A DNA stretch of 64,000 bases from an uncultured Acidobacteriota bacterium (GCA_963779415.1 CAVZYA010000003.1:67998-131997), one strand, 5' to 3'. Counted from the stretch's first letter, positions 43,285-58,211 are shown. Notes: generated by a model from the letters alone, not told the origin. Numbers and translations: made by a program.

Positions 43285-45321
43285 TCAGCGTGCTTTCCCG
43301 GCTTCCTTCGCCTTCCACTCCGGGCGCTCGTCCCAGCCGAGCCGGTGTGCCGTCTCCTCGTTGATCGTTCCGTCCTCGTTGAGAGTGCCGTTGGCCTTCA
43401 GGCGGCGGACGCTCTCGGCAGGGAGTCCTTTCGCAAATGTGTCGTCCTTCGAGCGGGGCACGAACATCTGGTTCTCGACGATAGGCTGATGATCCGCGAA
43501 GGCTTTTCGAACTCCGTTGACCATGTAGTCGAACTCCACGTCCGCCGACCCCTTGATGACGATCCGGTTCAGGTCCTTGCTCACGCAGGCAAGAACAGCA
43601 AGGTCACCACTGGGAAGGGCCTGTATCGTCAACCCGCTGGCGCTCGTGACCATCCGGAAGTCCTCGGGCACCTCGATCGTCGCGAAGCCGCCGACGATCC
43701 GCGCCGTGCCGCGGAAGTACGTTCCCGCCTCGGGTCCTTCGAGGCAGACGTATCGGATCTCCTTGGTCGGGTCGGTCGGATGCGGCTCGACGAAGTACTT
43801 CGCTCCGTCACCCAGGAAGGCGCCGTGGGAAAAGACGCCGTATCCCGGTCCGCCGAGGTATCCAATCGTCCCGCCGGCGGCATGTCCAATGACGCCCGCG
43901 GCATTACCACCGTATGTGGATCCCTCGATGGCGTTGTTCACGTCGCTCGATGCAAAGATGCCACGCCCAGAACTGGACTGCGCATCCACACCATCGCCGG
44001 AGCCCGAATAGGCCGAGACTCCGGGCCCGTTTGTCGATCTTCCCAAGACACCGGCGTCGCCCGTGCCCGTTACGACCCCGTACACACCATAGCCAGTGCC
44101 GCCGAGATAGCCGTCGTTGTTGGTGGCGGTGCTGTGCCCGTGGACTCCGAAACCGTTATTGATCTGCGTGATCCCGGAAACCCCGGCGTAGCTTCCACCT
44201 CCGGTGGACGTGCCGACGACGACATCGGCGCCGGCCGCCGTCAGGCTCAGGGGCACCGCGACCGACAGCTTCGATCCCGACGTCCCGTTGCCGACGAGGG
44301 TGCCGTCGTGCGCTACCGCCGTCAGGCCTCCTCCCCCGCCCCCGGCGGCGTCGATCGTGATCGTGTTGCCTACCTGGCTGACCGTCGTGTTCACCCCCGC
44401 GGCGATCGTGACGGCGCCCGTGAGCCCGTTCAGGCTCGCCACGCCGGCACCGAGCAGGCTGTCCTTGAAGCTCATCTCGAATCCCGCCGCATCGTTCGAG
44501 CCGGGGACGGCCGTCGTCCCGGCCACCTGGGTTCCGTAAAGAAGGACCTTGCCCGCCCCGGCGAGCACCTCCGCCAGGAGAATCGCGTTCGTCGTCGAGA
44601 TCGCCGGCGAGAAGCCCGCAAACGCATTCACCTGCCGCGCCTCGAAGGCCCCCAGGTCGTATTGCTGAACCCCGAGGCTGGCGCCGGTTGCGTCCTTCAC
44701 GGTCACTCTCACCGACACCGGATGACCCGTCGTCTCCACGAGACCGAAGTTGTAGCGGTAATTCTCCAGGGGACCGTTCGTGATCCCCTGCAGCCGCGAC
44801 ACGTCACCGGCTCCGAGGGCAAAGGTGGCGGGAATCCCCGAGAAGAAGAGCGCCTTGACGTCCTTCAGCTCCGTGCCGGGCGGCTGGTCGTACGTCCTCG
44901 ACGAGACGAAGACCTCCTGGTCCGAGACGACGTGCAACGCTCCGCCCCCGGACTCCCCGAGGTACGTCACGACGTCGTCGATACGCTGCGTGGCCCCCGC
45001 CGCGATCACCTCCGTCTTCGTCGTCGGAGCGGGGTTCGTCTGACCCTGCCGGAGGAACTGGATCGTCACGTTCGCCGGAGCACCGCCCAGGTTCGTCACC
45101 CAGAGCGTGGAGTAGAACTGGCTGCCGCCAGTCCCGGGGGTCCGGGCCGTCGCCGGGATGAAGACGTTCGTCCCGGCGAAACCCGCCTGAAGACGGGTCG
45201 CGAACAGAATGAGAACGAGCAAAGCGGACAGCCGGCACACGCAGCGAGAAATCATCGAAGTCTCCTTGTTGAGACAGGATATCAACCAGAGGCTTCGTTC
45301 ACCAGTCCCGGGACTGGTCAC
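43285..45321 (-). CDS. Secreted uncharacterized protein, paralog A. Conserved N-terminal domain, hypervariable Gly/Tyr/Ser-rich centre, conserved C-terminal domain.
   Basis: 678 aa. Signal peptide MISRCVCRLSALLVLILFATRLQAGFAG; an N-terminal domain of about 360 aa; a centre ...GFGVHGHSTATNNDGYLGGTGYGVYGVVTGTGDAGVLG...; then C-terminal GTIGYLGGPGYGVFSHGAFLGDGAKYFVEPHPTDPTKEIRYVCLEGPEAGTYFRGT...SVRRLKANGTLNEDGTINEETAHRLGWDERPEWKAKEAG. An AAGGAGA ribosome-binding site lies upstream. Confidence 0.75.
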   Translation of the reverse strand: MTSPGTGERSLWLISCLNKETSMISRCVCRLSALLVLILFATRLQAGFAGTNVFIPATARTPGTGGSQFYSTLWVTNLGGAPANVTIQFLRQGQTNPAPTTKTEVIAAGATQRIDDVVTYLGESGGGALHVVSDQEVFVSSRTYDQPPGTELKDVKALFFSGIPATFALGAGDVSRLQGITNGPLENYRYNFGLVETTGHPVSVRVTVKDATGASLGVQQYDLGAFEARQVNAFAGFSPAISTTNAILLAEVLAGAGKVLLYGTQVAGTTAVPGSNDAAGFEMSFKDSLLGAGVASLNGLTGAVTIAAGVNTTVSQVGNTITIDAAGGGGGGLTAVAHDGTLVGNGTSGSKLSVAVPLSLTAAGADVVVGTSTGGGSYAGVSGITQINNGFGVHGHSTATNNDGYLGGTGYGVYGVVTGTGDAGVLGRSTNGPGVSAYSGSGDGVDAQSSSGRGIFASSDVNNAIEGSTYGGNAAGVIGHAAGGTIGYLGGPGYGVFSHGAFLGDGAKYFVEPHPTDPTKEIRYVCLEGPEAGTYFRGTARIVGGFATIEVPEDFRMVTSASGLTIQALPSGDLAVLACVSKDLNRIVIKGSADVEFDYMVNGVRKAFADHQPIVENQMFVPRSKDDTFAKGLPAESVRRLKANGTLNEDGTINEETAHRLGWDERPEWKAKEAGKAR
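44200..45300. repeat. Direct repeat copy 1 (about 1.1 kb, near-identical to 46480..47545): the N-terminal-domain coding region plus 5' leader of the paralog genes
   Basis: The antisense ORFs 44204..44539 and 46486..46824 translate to identical 100+ aa strings, and the upstream leaders share TGTTGATAT[C/T]CTGTC[T/G]CAACAAGG. Confidence 0.7.
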
Positions 45322-45377
45322 GGGTGATCCTCGTCCCCCGCCACGACGTGATCCGAGAGGGATCTACGGAGGGATTC

Positions 45378-47540
45378 TCAGCGAGTTGGTCCGGCTTCCT
45401 TCGCCTTCCACTCCGGCCGTTCGTCCCAGCCGAGCCGGTGCGCCGTCTCCTCGTTGATCGTCCCGTCCTCGTTCAGGGTGCCGTTGGCCTTCAGGCGGCG
45501 GACGCTCTCCGCAGGGAGCGCCTTCGCGAACGTGTCGTCCTTCGAGCGCGGCACGAACATCTGGTTTTCGACGATCGGCTGGTGATCCGCGAAGGCCTGC
45601 CGGACGCCGTTGACCATGTAGTCGAACGCCACGTCCTTCGACCCCTTGATGACGATCCGGTTCAGGTCCTTGCTCACGCAGGCCAGCATCGCAAGGTCGC
45701 CGTTCGGCGTGACCTGCACCGTCAGCCCGCTTTCGCTCGTGACGATCCGGAAGTCCTCGGGCACCTCGATCGTCGCGACTCCGCCGACGATCTTCGCCGT
45801 GCCGCGGAAGTACGTCCCCGCTTCGGGTCCCTCGAGGCAGACGTACCGGATCTCCTTCGTCGGGTCCGTCGGATGCGGCTCGACGAAGTATTTCGCCCCG
45901 TCGCCGAGGAAGGCGCCGTGGGAGAAGACGCCGTAACCCGGACCGCCGAGGTATCCGATCGTCCCGGCGGCCGCGTACCCGGCGACACCGGCGGCAGTAC
46001 TCCCTTCCGTCGAGCCCTCGATGCCGTTGTTGTGCACGCTGAACGCAGCGACGCCGCGGCCCTGTTGAGAAGACGCCTGGATGGCATCACCCGCCAAGGT
46101 GCTCCCGTAGACGCCGACGCCGGTGCCAGATCCTACCCCTTCTATCGCGACGCCGCCGTTATCGCTCATTCCAACGACGCCCGCGTAGGCATGGCCAAGG
46201 TACCCGTCCGTGTTCGCGTAGTTGTTGTGTCCGTGAACTCCCGAGGAAAACTCGCCATTCGTCTGGCCATAGATCCCGTCGCCACTACTCGACTGGCCGT
46301 AGACGCCTTTGCCACTGCCGGCCTGGCCCATCACCCCGTTGCCGCTGGCGTCCGTCGCGACACCGTAGACACCGTAGTCGTTTCCCCCGAGGTACCCGTC
46401 GGTGTTGTTGTTGTTGCTGTGCCCGTGGACGCCGAAGCCGCTGTTGCTCTGGGTCACCCCGTAGAAGCCGGCGACGCTGGCGAAATTGCCCGTCGTCGCG
46501 GTGACCACGTCGGCACCTTGGGCGCTGAGGGTCAGGGGCACCGCGACCGACAGCTTCGATCCCGACGTCCCGTTGCCGACGAGGGTGCCGTCGTGCGCTA
46601 CCGCCGTCAGGCCTCCTCCCCCGCCCCCGGCGGCGTCGATCGTGATCGTGTTGCCTACCTGGCTGACCGTCGTGTTCACCCCCGCGGCGATCGTGACGGC
46701 GCCCGTGAGCCCGTTCAGGCTCGCCACGCCGGCACCGAGCAGGCTGTCCTTGAAGCTCATCTCGAATCCCGCCGCATCGTTCGAGCCGGGGACGGCCGTC
46801 GTCCCGGCCACCTGGGTTCCGTAAAGAAGGACCTTGCCCGCCCCGGCGAGCACCTCCGCCAGGAGAATCGCGTTCGTCGTCGAGATCGCCGGCGAGAAGC
46901 CCGCAAACGCATTCACCTGCCGCGCCTCGAAGGCCCCCAGGTCGTATTGCTGAACCCCGAGGCTGGCGCCGGTTGCGTCCTTCACGGTCACTCTCACCGA
47001 CACCGGATGACCCGTCGTCTCCACGAGACCGAAGTTGTAGCGGTAATTCTCCAGGGGACCGTTCGTGATCCCCTGCAGCCGCGACACGTCACCGGCTCCG
47101 AGGGCAAAGGCGGCGGGAATCCCCGAGAAGAAGAGCGCCTTGACGTCCTTCAGCTCCGTGCCGGGCGGCTGGTCGTAGGTCCTCGACGAGACGAAGACCT
47201 CCTGGTCCGAGACGACGTGCAGCGCTCCGCCCCCGGACTCCCCGAGGTACGTCACGACGTCGTCGATCCGCCGCGTGGCCCCCGCCGCGATCACCTCCGT
47301 CTTCGTCGTCGGGGCGGGGTTCGTCTGCCCCTGCCGGAGGAACTGGATCGTCACGTTCGCCGGCGCGCCGCCCAGATTCGTCACCCAGAACGTGGAGTAG
47401 AACTGGCTTCCGCCGGAGCCGGGGGTCCGGGCCGTCGCCGGGATGAAGACGTTCGTCCCGGCGAAACCGGCCTCAAGGCGGCTCGTGAAAAGAACGAAGA
47501 CGAGCAGAGCGGACAGCCGGCACGCGCAGCGAGAAGATCA
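45378..47540 (-). CDS. Secreted uncharacterized protein, paralog B (tandem duplicate of A). A 1-nt indel inside the signal-peptide codons separates the ATG near 47540 from the main frame (tracked ORF 45378..47384).
   Basis: The main frame is near-identical to paralog A over the N-terminal domain. The centre differs in length and sequence (GVHGHSNNNNTDGYLGGNDYGVYGVATDASGNGVMGQAGSGKGVYGQSSSGDGIYGQTNGEFSSGVHGHNNYANTDGYLGHAYAGVVGMSDNGGVAIEGVGSGTGVGVYGS...). The C-terminal domain is about 90 % identical. Confidence 0.7.
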
Positions 47541-47545
47541 TCGAT
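46480..47545. repeat. Direct repeat copy 2 (pairs with 44200..45300)
   Basis: Same as above. Confidence 0.7.
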
Positions 47546-47621
47546 TCCCCCTTGTTGCGACAGAATATCAACAGGAGTCCTCCGTCACCAGCCACGCCGG
47601 CGAGTCAATGGCGCTCAGTCC

Positions 47622-47651
47622 GAAAAGGAAAAGGGCCGGCTTGCGCCGGCC
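47622..47651 (-). terminator. Intrinsic terminator downstream of rpoC: GGCCGGC-gcaa-GCCGGCC stem followed by a U-rich tract (minus strand)
   Basis: The minus strand reads GGCCGGCgcaaGCCGGCCcttttccttttcgg, about 60 nt after the rpoC stop. It is preceded (47671-47698) by a second perfect 12-bp palindrome, GGGGGAAACCCG-gttg-CGGGTTTCCCCC. Confidence 0.65.
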
Positions 47652-47711
47652 TCATGGAAGAACGATCGGCGGGGGAAACCCGGTTGCGGGTTTCCCCCGG
47701 GCCCCCTTCCG

Positions 47712-50700
47712 CTAGACTTCGTCGTCCAGCTCCGCCGCGATGACGGGAGTCTCGTCGTCGAAGAAGATCTCCTCGGCCTCCTCGGGCAGGGCGGGAAGCT
47801 CCTCGCGCTCGAGGACGATGTTGCGGTAGTAGTCCATGCCGGTGCCGGCCGGGATGAGCCGCCCGACGATGACGTTCTCCTTCAGCCCGCGGAGAGTGTC
47901 GAGCCGTCCCGCGATCGAGGCCTCCGTCAGGACGCGCGTCGTCTCCTGGAACGAGGCCGCGGAGACCCACGAGTCGGTCGAGAGCGACGCCTTGGTGATG
48001 CCGAGGAGGAGCGGCCGCCCCTGCGCCGCGCGGCCGCCGGCCGCCACGATCCGCTCGTTCTCCTCGTTGAACCGGAAGCGGTCCACCTGCTCGTCCACGA
48101 GGAACTCGGTGTCGCCCACCTCCTCGATCCGGACGCTCCGCATCATCTGGCGGACGATGACCTCGATGTGCTTGTCGTTGATGCCGACTCCCTGCGAGCG
48201 GTAGACCTCCTGGATCTTGTCGGTCATGTACCGCTGCAGCTCCTTCTCGCCCTTGACGGCGAGGATGTCGTGCGGCGAAGGATCGCCCTCGGTCAGCGGG
48301 TCGCCCGCCTCCACGTGCTCGCCGTCCTGCACCATGACGTGCGCGGCGCGCGGGATCAGGACCTCGCGCTTCTGCCCGTCCTCGGACTCGACGATGAGCT
48401 TCTGCTGCCCCTTGACCGATCCGCCGTGCTGGACGACGCCGGAGATCTCCGTGATGACGGCCGGCTCCTTCGGACGCCGGGCCTCGAACAGCTCGACGAC
48501 GCGCGGAAGGCCGCCGACGATGTCGCGGGTCCGCTTCTTCTCGACCGGCTTCTTCGCGAGCGCGTCGCCCGGGTTGACCGAGTCGCCCTCGGCGCCCATC
48601 AGGTGCGAGGGGATCGGGAGCGGGTACTTCTTCTCGGCCCCGTCCTTGCCGGTCACGACGATCATCGGGGCGCGCTTCTCGGAGGTCCCCGTCGTCTCGA
48701 CGACGATCTTCTGCGTGAGGCCCGTGACCTTGTCGGTCTCCTCGCGCAGGTTCTCCCCCTCGACGATGTCCTTGTACGAGATGACGCCGGCGATCTCGGA
48801 GAGAATCGGCGAGGCGAACGGGTCCCACGTCACGAGGAGCTGGCCCGGCTTGACCTCGTCTCCGTCCTGGATCCGGAGGACGGAGCCGTATGCGAGCGAG
48901 TAGCGCTCCTTCTCGCGCCCCTTGGCGTCGAGGACGACGAGCTTCCCGTTCCGGTTGACGACGACCTCGGCCCCGTCCTTCTTCCGGACGGTCGTGTGGC
49001 TGAGGAGCCTGGCGATGCCGGGGTTCTTCGCGAGGTGGCGGGCCGACTCGGAGACGCGGGCCGTGCCGCCGTAGTGGAACGTCCGCATCGTGAGCTGGGT
49101 GCCCGGCTCGCCGATCGACTGGGCGGCGATGACGCCGACAGCTTCGCCGATGTCGACGAGCTCGCCCGTCGCGAGGTTCCGGCCGTAGCACTTCTGGCAG
49201 ACGCCGCGCCGCGTCTCGCAGGTGAGGACCGAGCGGATCTTGACCCGCTCGATGCCCGCCTCCTGGATCTGGCCGGCGATCTCCTCCGTGATGGTCTCGT
49301 TCGCGGCGACGATCTCCTCGTCCGAGGCCGGGTCCACGACGTCGTCCTGCACGATCCGGCCGACGATCCGGTCGCGCAGGGACTCGAGGATCTCGCCCCC
49401 TTCCACGATCGCCGAGACGACGATGCCGTCGATCGTCCCGCAGTCCGGCTCCGTGATGATGACGTCCTGCGCGACGTCGACGAGACGGCGCGTGAGGTAG
49501 CCGGAGTCGGCCGTCTTCAGCGCCGTGTCGGCGAGGCCCTTGCGGGCGCCGTGCGTCGAGATGAAGTACTCGAGGACGGTGAGCCCCTCGCGGAAGTTCG
49601 AGATGATGGGCTGCTCCATGACCTCGCCGGACGGCTTGGACATGGGGCCGCGCATGCCGGCCAGCTGCCGGACCTGCTCCTTCGAGCCCCGGGCGCCCGA
49701 GTCGGCCATCATGAAGATCGGGTTGAACTCGTGCCCCCCCTTCCCGTCGGAGGTCTTCATCTCCTTGAACATCTCTTCGGAGACGGCTTCGGTGGCGCGG
49801 TGCCAGATGTCGATGATCTTGTTGTGGCGCTCGCCGTCCGTGATGGCCCCCTGCTGGCGCTGCGTCTCGACCTCGAGGACGTCCTTCCGCGACTTGGCGA
49901 CGATGTCCGCCTTCTTCCCGGGGATCCGCATGTCCTCGACGCCGATGGAGATTCCGGCGCTCGTCGCGGCCGCAAAGCCCAGCTTCTTGACGATGTCGAG
50001 GATCTCGACCGTCCGCGGAAGCCCGAGATTCACGAAGCAGTAGTTGACGAGGTCCTGGAGCCCCTTCTTCTTGAGCGTCCCGTTCAGGAACGGAAGATCC
50101 GGCGGCAGGGCGGCGGACATGAGCACCCGCCCGACGGTCGTCTCGATCCGCGTGTTCACGCAGTCGATCGGGTCCGTATGCACGATGTCCTGGTCGTTGA
50201 GGACCTGGCTCTCGAGGTCGACGAGCCGTCCCGTGAAGCGGACGGAGATGCCGGCGTGCGTGTCGACCTCGCCCGCGTCGTGGGCGAGTGCGACCTCGTC
50301 GAAGCTTCCGAAGACGCGCCCTTCGCCCTTGCAGCCGTCCTTGCGGCGGGTCAGGTAGTAGAGACCGAGGACGAGGTCCTGCGACGGCACCGCGAGCGGC
50401 TTTCCGTGCGCCGGCGAGAGGATGTTGTGGGCCGAGAGCATCAGAACCTGCGCCTCGACCTGCGCTTTCGGCGAGAGCGGGACGTGGACGGCCATCTGGT
50501 CGCCGTCGAAGTCCGCATTGAACGCCGCGCAGACGAGCGGGTGGATCTTGATCGCCTTCCCTTCGATGAGGACCGGCTCGAAGGCCTGGATGCCGAGGCG
50601 GTGGAGCGTCGGCGCGCGGTTCAGGAGGACCGGGTGCTCCTTGATGACCTCCTCGAGCGCGTCCCACACCTCGTTCGGCGCCTGCTCGACGAGCTCCTTC

Positions 50701-51935
50701 GACGCCTTGATCGTCGTCGTGAGCCCCTTCTGCTCGAGCCGGTGGTAGATGAACGGCTTGAAGAGCTCGAGGGCCATCTTCTTCGGGAGGCCGCACTGGT
50801 GGAGCTTCAGCTCCGGCCCGACGACGATGACCGACCGGCCCGAGTAGTCGACGCGCTTGCCGAGGAGGTTCTGCCGGAAGCGGCCCGATTTCCCCTTGAG
50901 CGTGTCGGAGAGGGACTTCAGCGGGCGGTTGTTCGAGCCCTTCAGGACGCGGCCGCGGCGGCCGTTGTCGAAGAGGGCGTCGACCGCCTCCTGGAGCATC
51001 CGCTTCTCGTTCCGGACGATGACCTCCGGGGCGCGCAACTCGAGGAGCTTCTTCAGCCGGTTGTTCCGGTTGATGACGCGCCGGTAGAGGTCGTTCAGGT
51101 CGGAGGTCGCGAACCGGCCGCCGTCGAGGGGAACGAGCGGGCGGAGCTCCGGCGGGATGACCGGAATGACGTTCAGGATCATCCACTCGGGGCGGTGGCC
51201 CGAGCGGCGGAACGCGTCGACGACCTTCAGGCGCTTGGCGGCCTTGAGCCGTTTCAGCGCCGAGGTCTCCGTCTTCATGACGAGGCGAAGCTCTTCCGCG
51301 AGGTCGTCGACGTTGACCCGCTGGAGCAGCTCCTGGATCGCCTCGGCGCCCATCTTCGCGACGAACGTGTCGACGCCGTGCTTGGCCTTCAGCTCGCGGT
51401 ACCGCTCCTCGGTGACGAGGCTCTTCTCCTGGAGGTTCTCCTCCTCGGCGAGCGGGCCCGGGTCGATGACCACGTACTGCTCGAAGTAGAGGATCCGCTC
51501 GAGGTCGCGCAGCGTCAGGTCGAGGAGGTGGCCGATCCGGGACGGAAGCCCCTTGAAGAACCAGACGTGGGAGACCGGCGCGGCCAGCTCGATGTGCCCC
51601 ATCCGCTCGCGGCGGACCTTGGACTTCGTCACCTCGACGCCGCACTTGTCGCAGACGACGCCGCGGTGCTTCATCCGCTTGTACTTGCCGCAGAGGCATT
51701 CCCAGTCGGTGATCGGGCCGAAGATCTTGGCGCAGAAGAGGCCGTCGCGCTCCGGCTTGAAGGTCCGGTAGTTGATCGTCTCCGGCTTCGTCACCTCGCC
51801 GAAGGACCAGGAGCGGATCTTCTCGGGGCTGGCCAGGGCGATCTTGATCGCGTTGAAGTCACGGGGGCCCGGCGAGCGGAAGGGGGACGGGGATCCGCCC
51901 GGGGCGTACGCGGAGGACGGGTTGAACGTGTCCAT
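47712..51935 (-). CDS. rpoC: DNA-directed RNA polymerase beta' subunit
   Basis: 1407-aa intact [16 protein letters not shown]...[47 protein letters not shown]..., with a zinc-binding motif and NADFDGD. Confidence 0.97.
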   Translation of the reverse strand: MDTFNPSSAYAPGGSPSPFRSPGPRDFNAIKIALASPEKIRSWSFGEVTKPETINYRTFKPERDGLFCAKIFGPITDWECLCGKYKRMKHRGVVCDKCGVEVTKSKVRRERMGHIELAAPVSHVWFFKGLPSRIGHLLDLTLRDLERILYFEQYVVIDPGPLAEEENLQEKSLVTEERYRELKAKHGVDTFVAKMGAEAIQELLQRVNVDDLAEELRLVMKTETSALKRLKAAKRLKVVDAFRRSGHRPEWMILNVIPVIPPELRPLVPLDGGRFATSDLNDLYRRVINRNNRLKKLLELRAPEVIVRNEKRMLQEAVDALFDNGRRGRVLKGSNNRPLKSLSDTLKGKSGRFRQNLLGKRVDYSGRSVIVVGPELKLHQCGLPKKMALELFKPFIYHRLEQKGLTTTIKASKELVEQAPNEVWDALEEVIKEHPVLLNRAPTLHRLGIQAFEPVLIEGKAIKIHPLVCAAFNADFDGDQMAVHVPLSPKAQVEAQVLMLSAHNILSPAHGKPLAVPSQDLVLGLYYLTRRKDGCKGEGRVFGSFDEVALAHDAGEVDTHAGISVRFTGRLVDLESQVLNDQDIVHTDPIDCVNTRIETTVGRVLMSAALPPDLPFLNGTLKKKGLQDLVNYCFVNLGLPRTVEILDIVKKLGFAAATSAGISIGVEDMRIPGKKADIVAKSRKDVLEVETQRQQGAITDGERHNKIIDIWHRATEAVSEEMFKEMKTSDGKGGHEFNPIFMMADSGARGSKEQVRQLAGMRGPMSKPSGEVMEQPIISNFREGLTVLEYFISTHGARKGLADTALKTADSGYLTRRLVDVAQDVIITEPDCGTIDGIVVSAIVEGGEILESLRDRIVGRIVQDDVVDPASDEEIVAANETITEEIAGQIQEAGIERVKIRSVLTCETRRGVCQKCYGRNLATGELVDIGEAVGVIAAQSIGEPGTQLTMRTFHYGGTARVSESARHLAKNPGIARLLSHTTVRKKDGAEVVVNRNGKLVVLDAKGREKERYSLAYGSVLRIQDGDEVKPGQLLVTWDPFASPILSEIAGVISYKDIVEGENLREETDKVTGLTQKIVVETTGTSEKRAPMIVVTGKDGAEKKYPLPIPSHLMGAEGDSVNPGDALAKKPVEKKRTRDIVGGLPRVVELFEARRPKEPAVITEISGVVQHGGSVKGQQKLIVESEDGQKREVLIPRAAHVMVQDGEHVEAGDPLTEGDPSPHDILAVKGEKELQRYMTDKIQEVYRSQGVGINDKHIEVIVRQMMRSVRIEEVGDTEFLVDEQVDRFRFNEENERIVAAGGRAAQGRPLLLGITKASLSTDSWVSAASFQETTRVLTEASIAGRLDTLRGLKENVIVGRLIPAGTGMDYYRNIVLEREELPALPEEAEEIFFDDETPVIAAELDDEV

Positions 51936-51950
51936 CGTTTTCGTCTCTCC

Positions 51951-56225
<4,275 letters not shown>

Positions 56226-56311
56226 CTAGTTAGGTCCTTGCTGCCGCCGGCGTCTCGACGTCGAGTGCCGGTGGCGGTATCAAGCGAGCCGGAGCGTGAC
56301 TGTTCATGGTC

Positions 56312-56363
56312 GGGGGGTGCGAGGCTCTTCCCCTCAACGGGTTTCGCCGGGTTCGCACCCCCC
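56312..56363 (-). promoter_or_regulatory. Long GC hairpin in the rplL-rpoB spacer (11-12 bp stem GGGGGGTGCGA...TCGCACCCCCC with a large loop), a candidate attenuator
   Basis: Seen in sequence, in the 210-nt spacer between the rplL stop and the rpoB start. A partial terminator at this position is well known in other bacteria. Confidence 0.4.
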
Positions 56364-56435
56364 GAGCCCCCCTGACCCTCTCTCGATGAATCGCGGGGAT
56401 GGCGAAAAGACGCCGATTCACCCAGCTGCAATGCC

Positions 56436-56816
<381 letters not shown>

Positions 56817-56843
56817 GGTTCTCTTCTCCTGCTTCTTCGGGCC

Positions 56844-57368
56844 TTAGGCCGTCTGTTCTTTTTGCTTGGCGACCGCCGCGAGCGTCGCGGCGACGTTCCG
56901 GTGCGGGGCGGCGAGGACGGTGACGAGGCGCCGGATCGGAGACTGCATCAGGCCGAGCAGCTTCGCGACCAGCTCCGGGCGCGAGGGAAGGGTCGCGAGC
57001 GTCTCGAGCGAGGAGGCAGGGACCGCCTTCCCGTCGAGAAGGGCGGCCTTCACCTTCACGTGCGGGTTCGTCTTGCCGAACGTATGGAGCACTTTCGCGA
57101 GGGCGACGACGTCGGTCTGGCTGTAGGCGATGGCCGTCATCCCGGTGAAGTGCGAGGCGAGGGCCTCGAGCGGCTTGCCCTTGATGGCGCGCCGCGCGAG
57201 GGTGTTCTTGACGACGAGGTACTCCGACTTCGTGCTGCGGATCTGGCGGCGGAGGTCCGTGACGGCGGGCACCGTGATGCCCGTGTAGTCGATGAGGAAG
57301 GCGTGGGGAGCCTTCGCCATCGTTCCGGCGAGCTCTTCGATCGCCGCGGTCTTCCCGGCGCGATTCAT
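56844..57368 (-). CDS. rplJ: 50S ribosomal protein L10
   Basis: 174-aa [47 protein letters not shown]... Its start overlaps the rplA stop as ATGA. Confidence 0.93.
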   Translation of the reverse strand: MNRAGKTAAIEELAGTMAKAPHAFLIDYTGITVPAVTDLRRQIRSTKSEYLVVKNTLARRAIKGKPLEALASHFTGMTAIAYSQTDVVALAKVLHTFGKTNPHVKVKAALLDGKAVPASSLETLATLPSRPELVAKLLGLMQSPIRRLVTVLAAPHRNVAATLAAVAKQKEQTA

Positions 57369-58075
57369 GCGCTCCTCCCGATCGTCTTTTCGACCACGGA
57401 CGGATCGACAGGGACGCCAGGGCCCATCGTCGAGGAGAGCGTCACGGACTTGACGTACTTCCCCTTGGCGGTCGACGGCTTGGCGCGCTGCACGGCGGCC
57501 AGGAGCGCCTCCGTGTTCTCGACGAGCTGCGCCTCCGCGAAGGAGACCTTTCCGACCGGGACGTGGATGATGGCGGTCTTGTCGACGCGAAACTCGATCT
57601 TTCCCGCCTTCAGCTCCTTGACGGCTTTCCCGATGTCGAAGGTCACGGTCCCCGCCTTCGGGTTCGGCATCAGGCCGCGAGGCCCGAGGATCTTCCCGAG
57701 CCGCCCGAGCGACTTCATCATGTCGGGCGTGGCCACGAGCGCCTCGAAGTCGAGATAGCCCCCCGTGATCTTCTGGACGAGGTCGTCCCCGCCGACGACG
57801 TCGGCTCCGGCCGCTTCGGCTTCCTTGATCTTCTCGCCGGACGCGACGACCGCCACGCGGGTGGTCTTGCCGAGGCCGTGCGGCAGCACGACCGTGCCGC
57901 GCACCATCTGGTCCGCGTGCTTCGGGTCGACCCCGAGCCGCAGCGCCACCTCGACGGTTTCGTTGAACTTGGCGTACGCCCCGGACTTCACGAGCGCGAC
58001 GGCCTGCGGCACGTCGTAGAGCTTCGTGTGGTCCACCTTGGCGGCCGCCGCGGTGAATTTCTTCCCCTGATTCAT
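57365..58075 (-). CDS. rplA: 50S ribosomal protein L1
   Basis: 236 aa from [70 protein letters not shown]... Confidence 0.93.
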   Translation of the reverse strand: MNQGKKFTAAAAKVDHTKLYDVPQAVALVKSGAYAKFNETVEVALRLGVDPKHADQMVRGTVVLPHGLGKTTRVAVVASGEKIKEAEAAGADVVGGDDLVQKITGGYLDFEALVATPDMMKSLGRLGKILGPRGLMPNPKAGTVTFDIGKAVKELKAGKIEFRVDKTAIIHVPVGKVSFAEAQLVENTEALLAAVQRAKPSTAKGKYVKSVTLSSTMGPGVPVDPSVVEKTIGRSA

Positions 58076-58211
58076 CGTGTGCTCACTCCCAGGATCCCGT
58101 CCTCCCCGGATCCGGCGGCGAGAAGCCCCGGCGGCATCGCCGGGCACCTCCGGTCCCGCGCCGTGGAGAGGGTCCCTGGCGCGGGAGGCGGGCTTCCTGT
58201 TGAAAAGGCCG

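Noticed and set aside
43285-47600. Diversity-generating retroelement or invertible phase-variation switch for the variable paralogs
   Set aside because: No reverse transcriptase, template repeat, recombinase or invertase gene, and no flanking inverted repeats, are visible in the window. Variation is more plausibly maintained by homologous recombination between the identical flanks.
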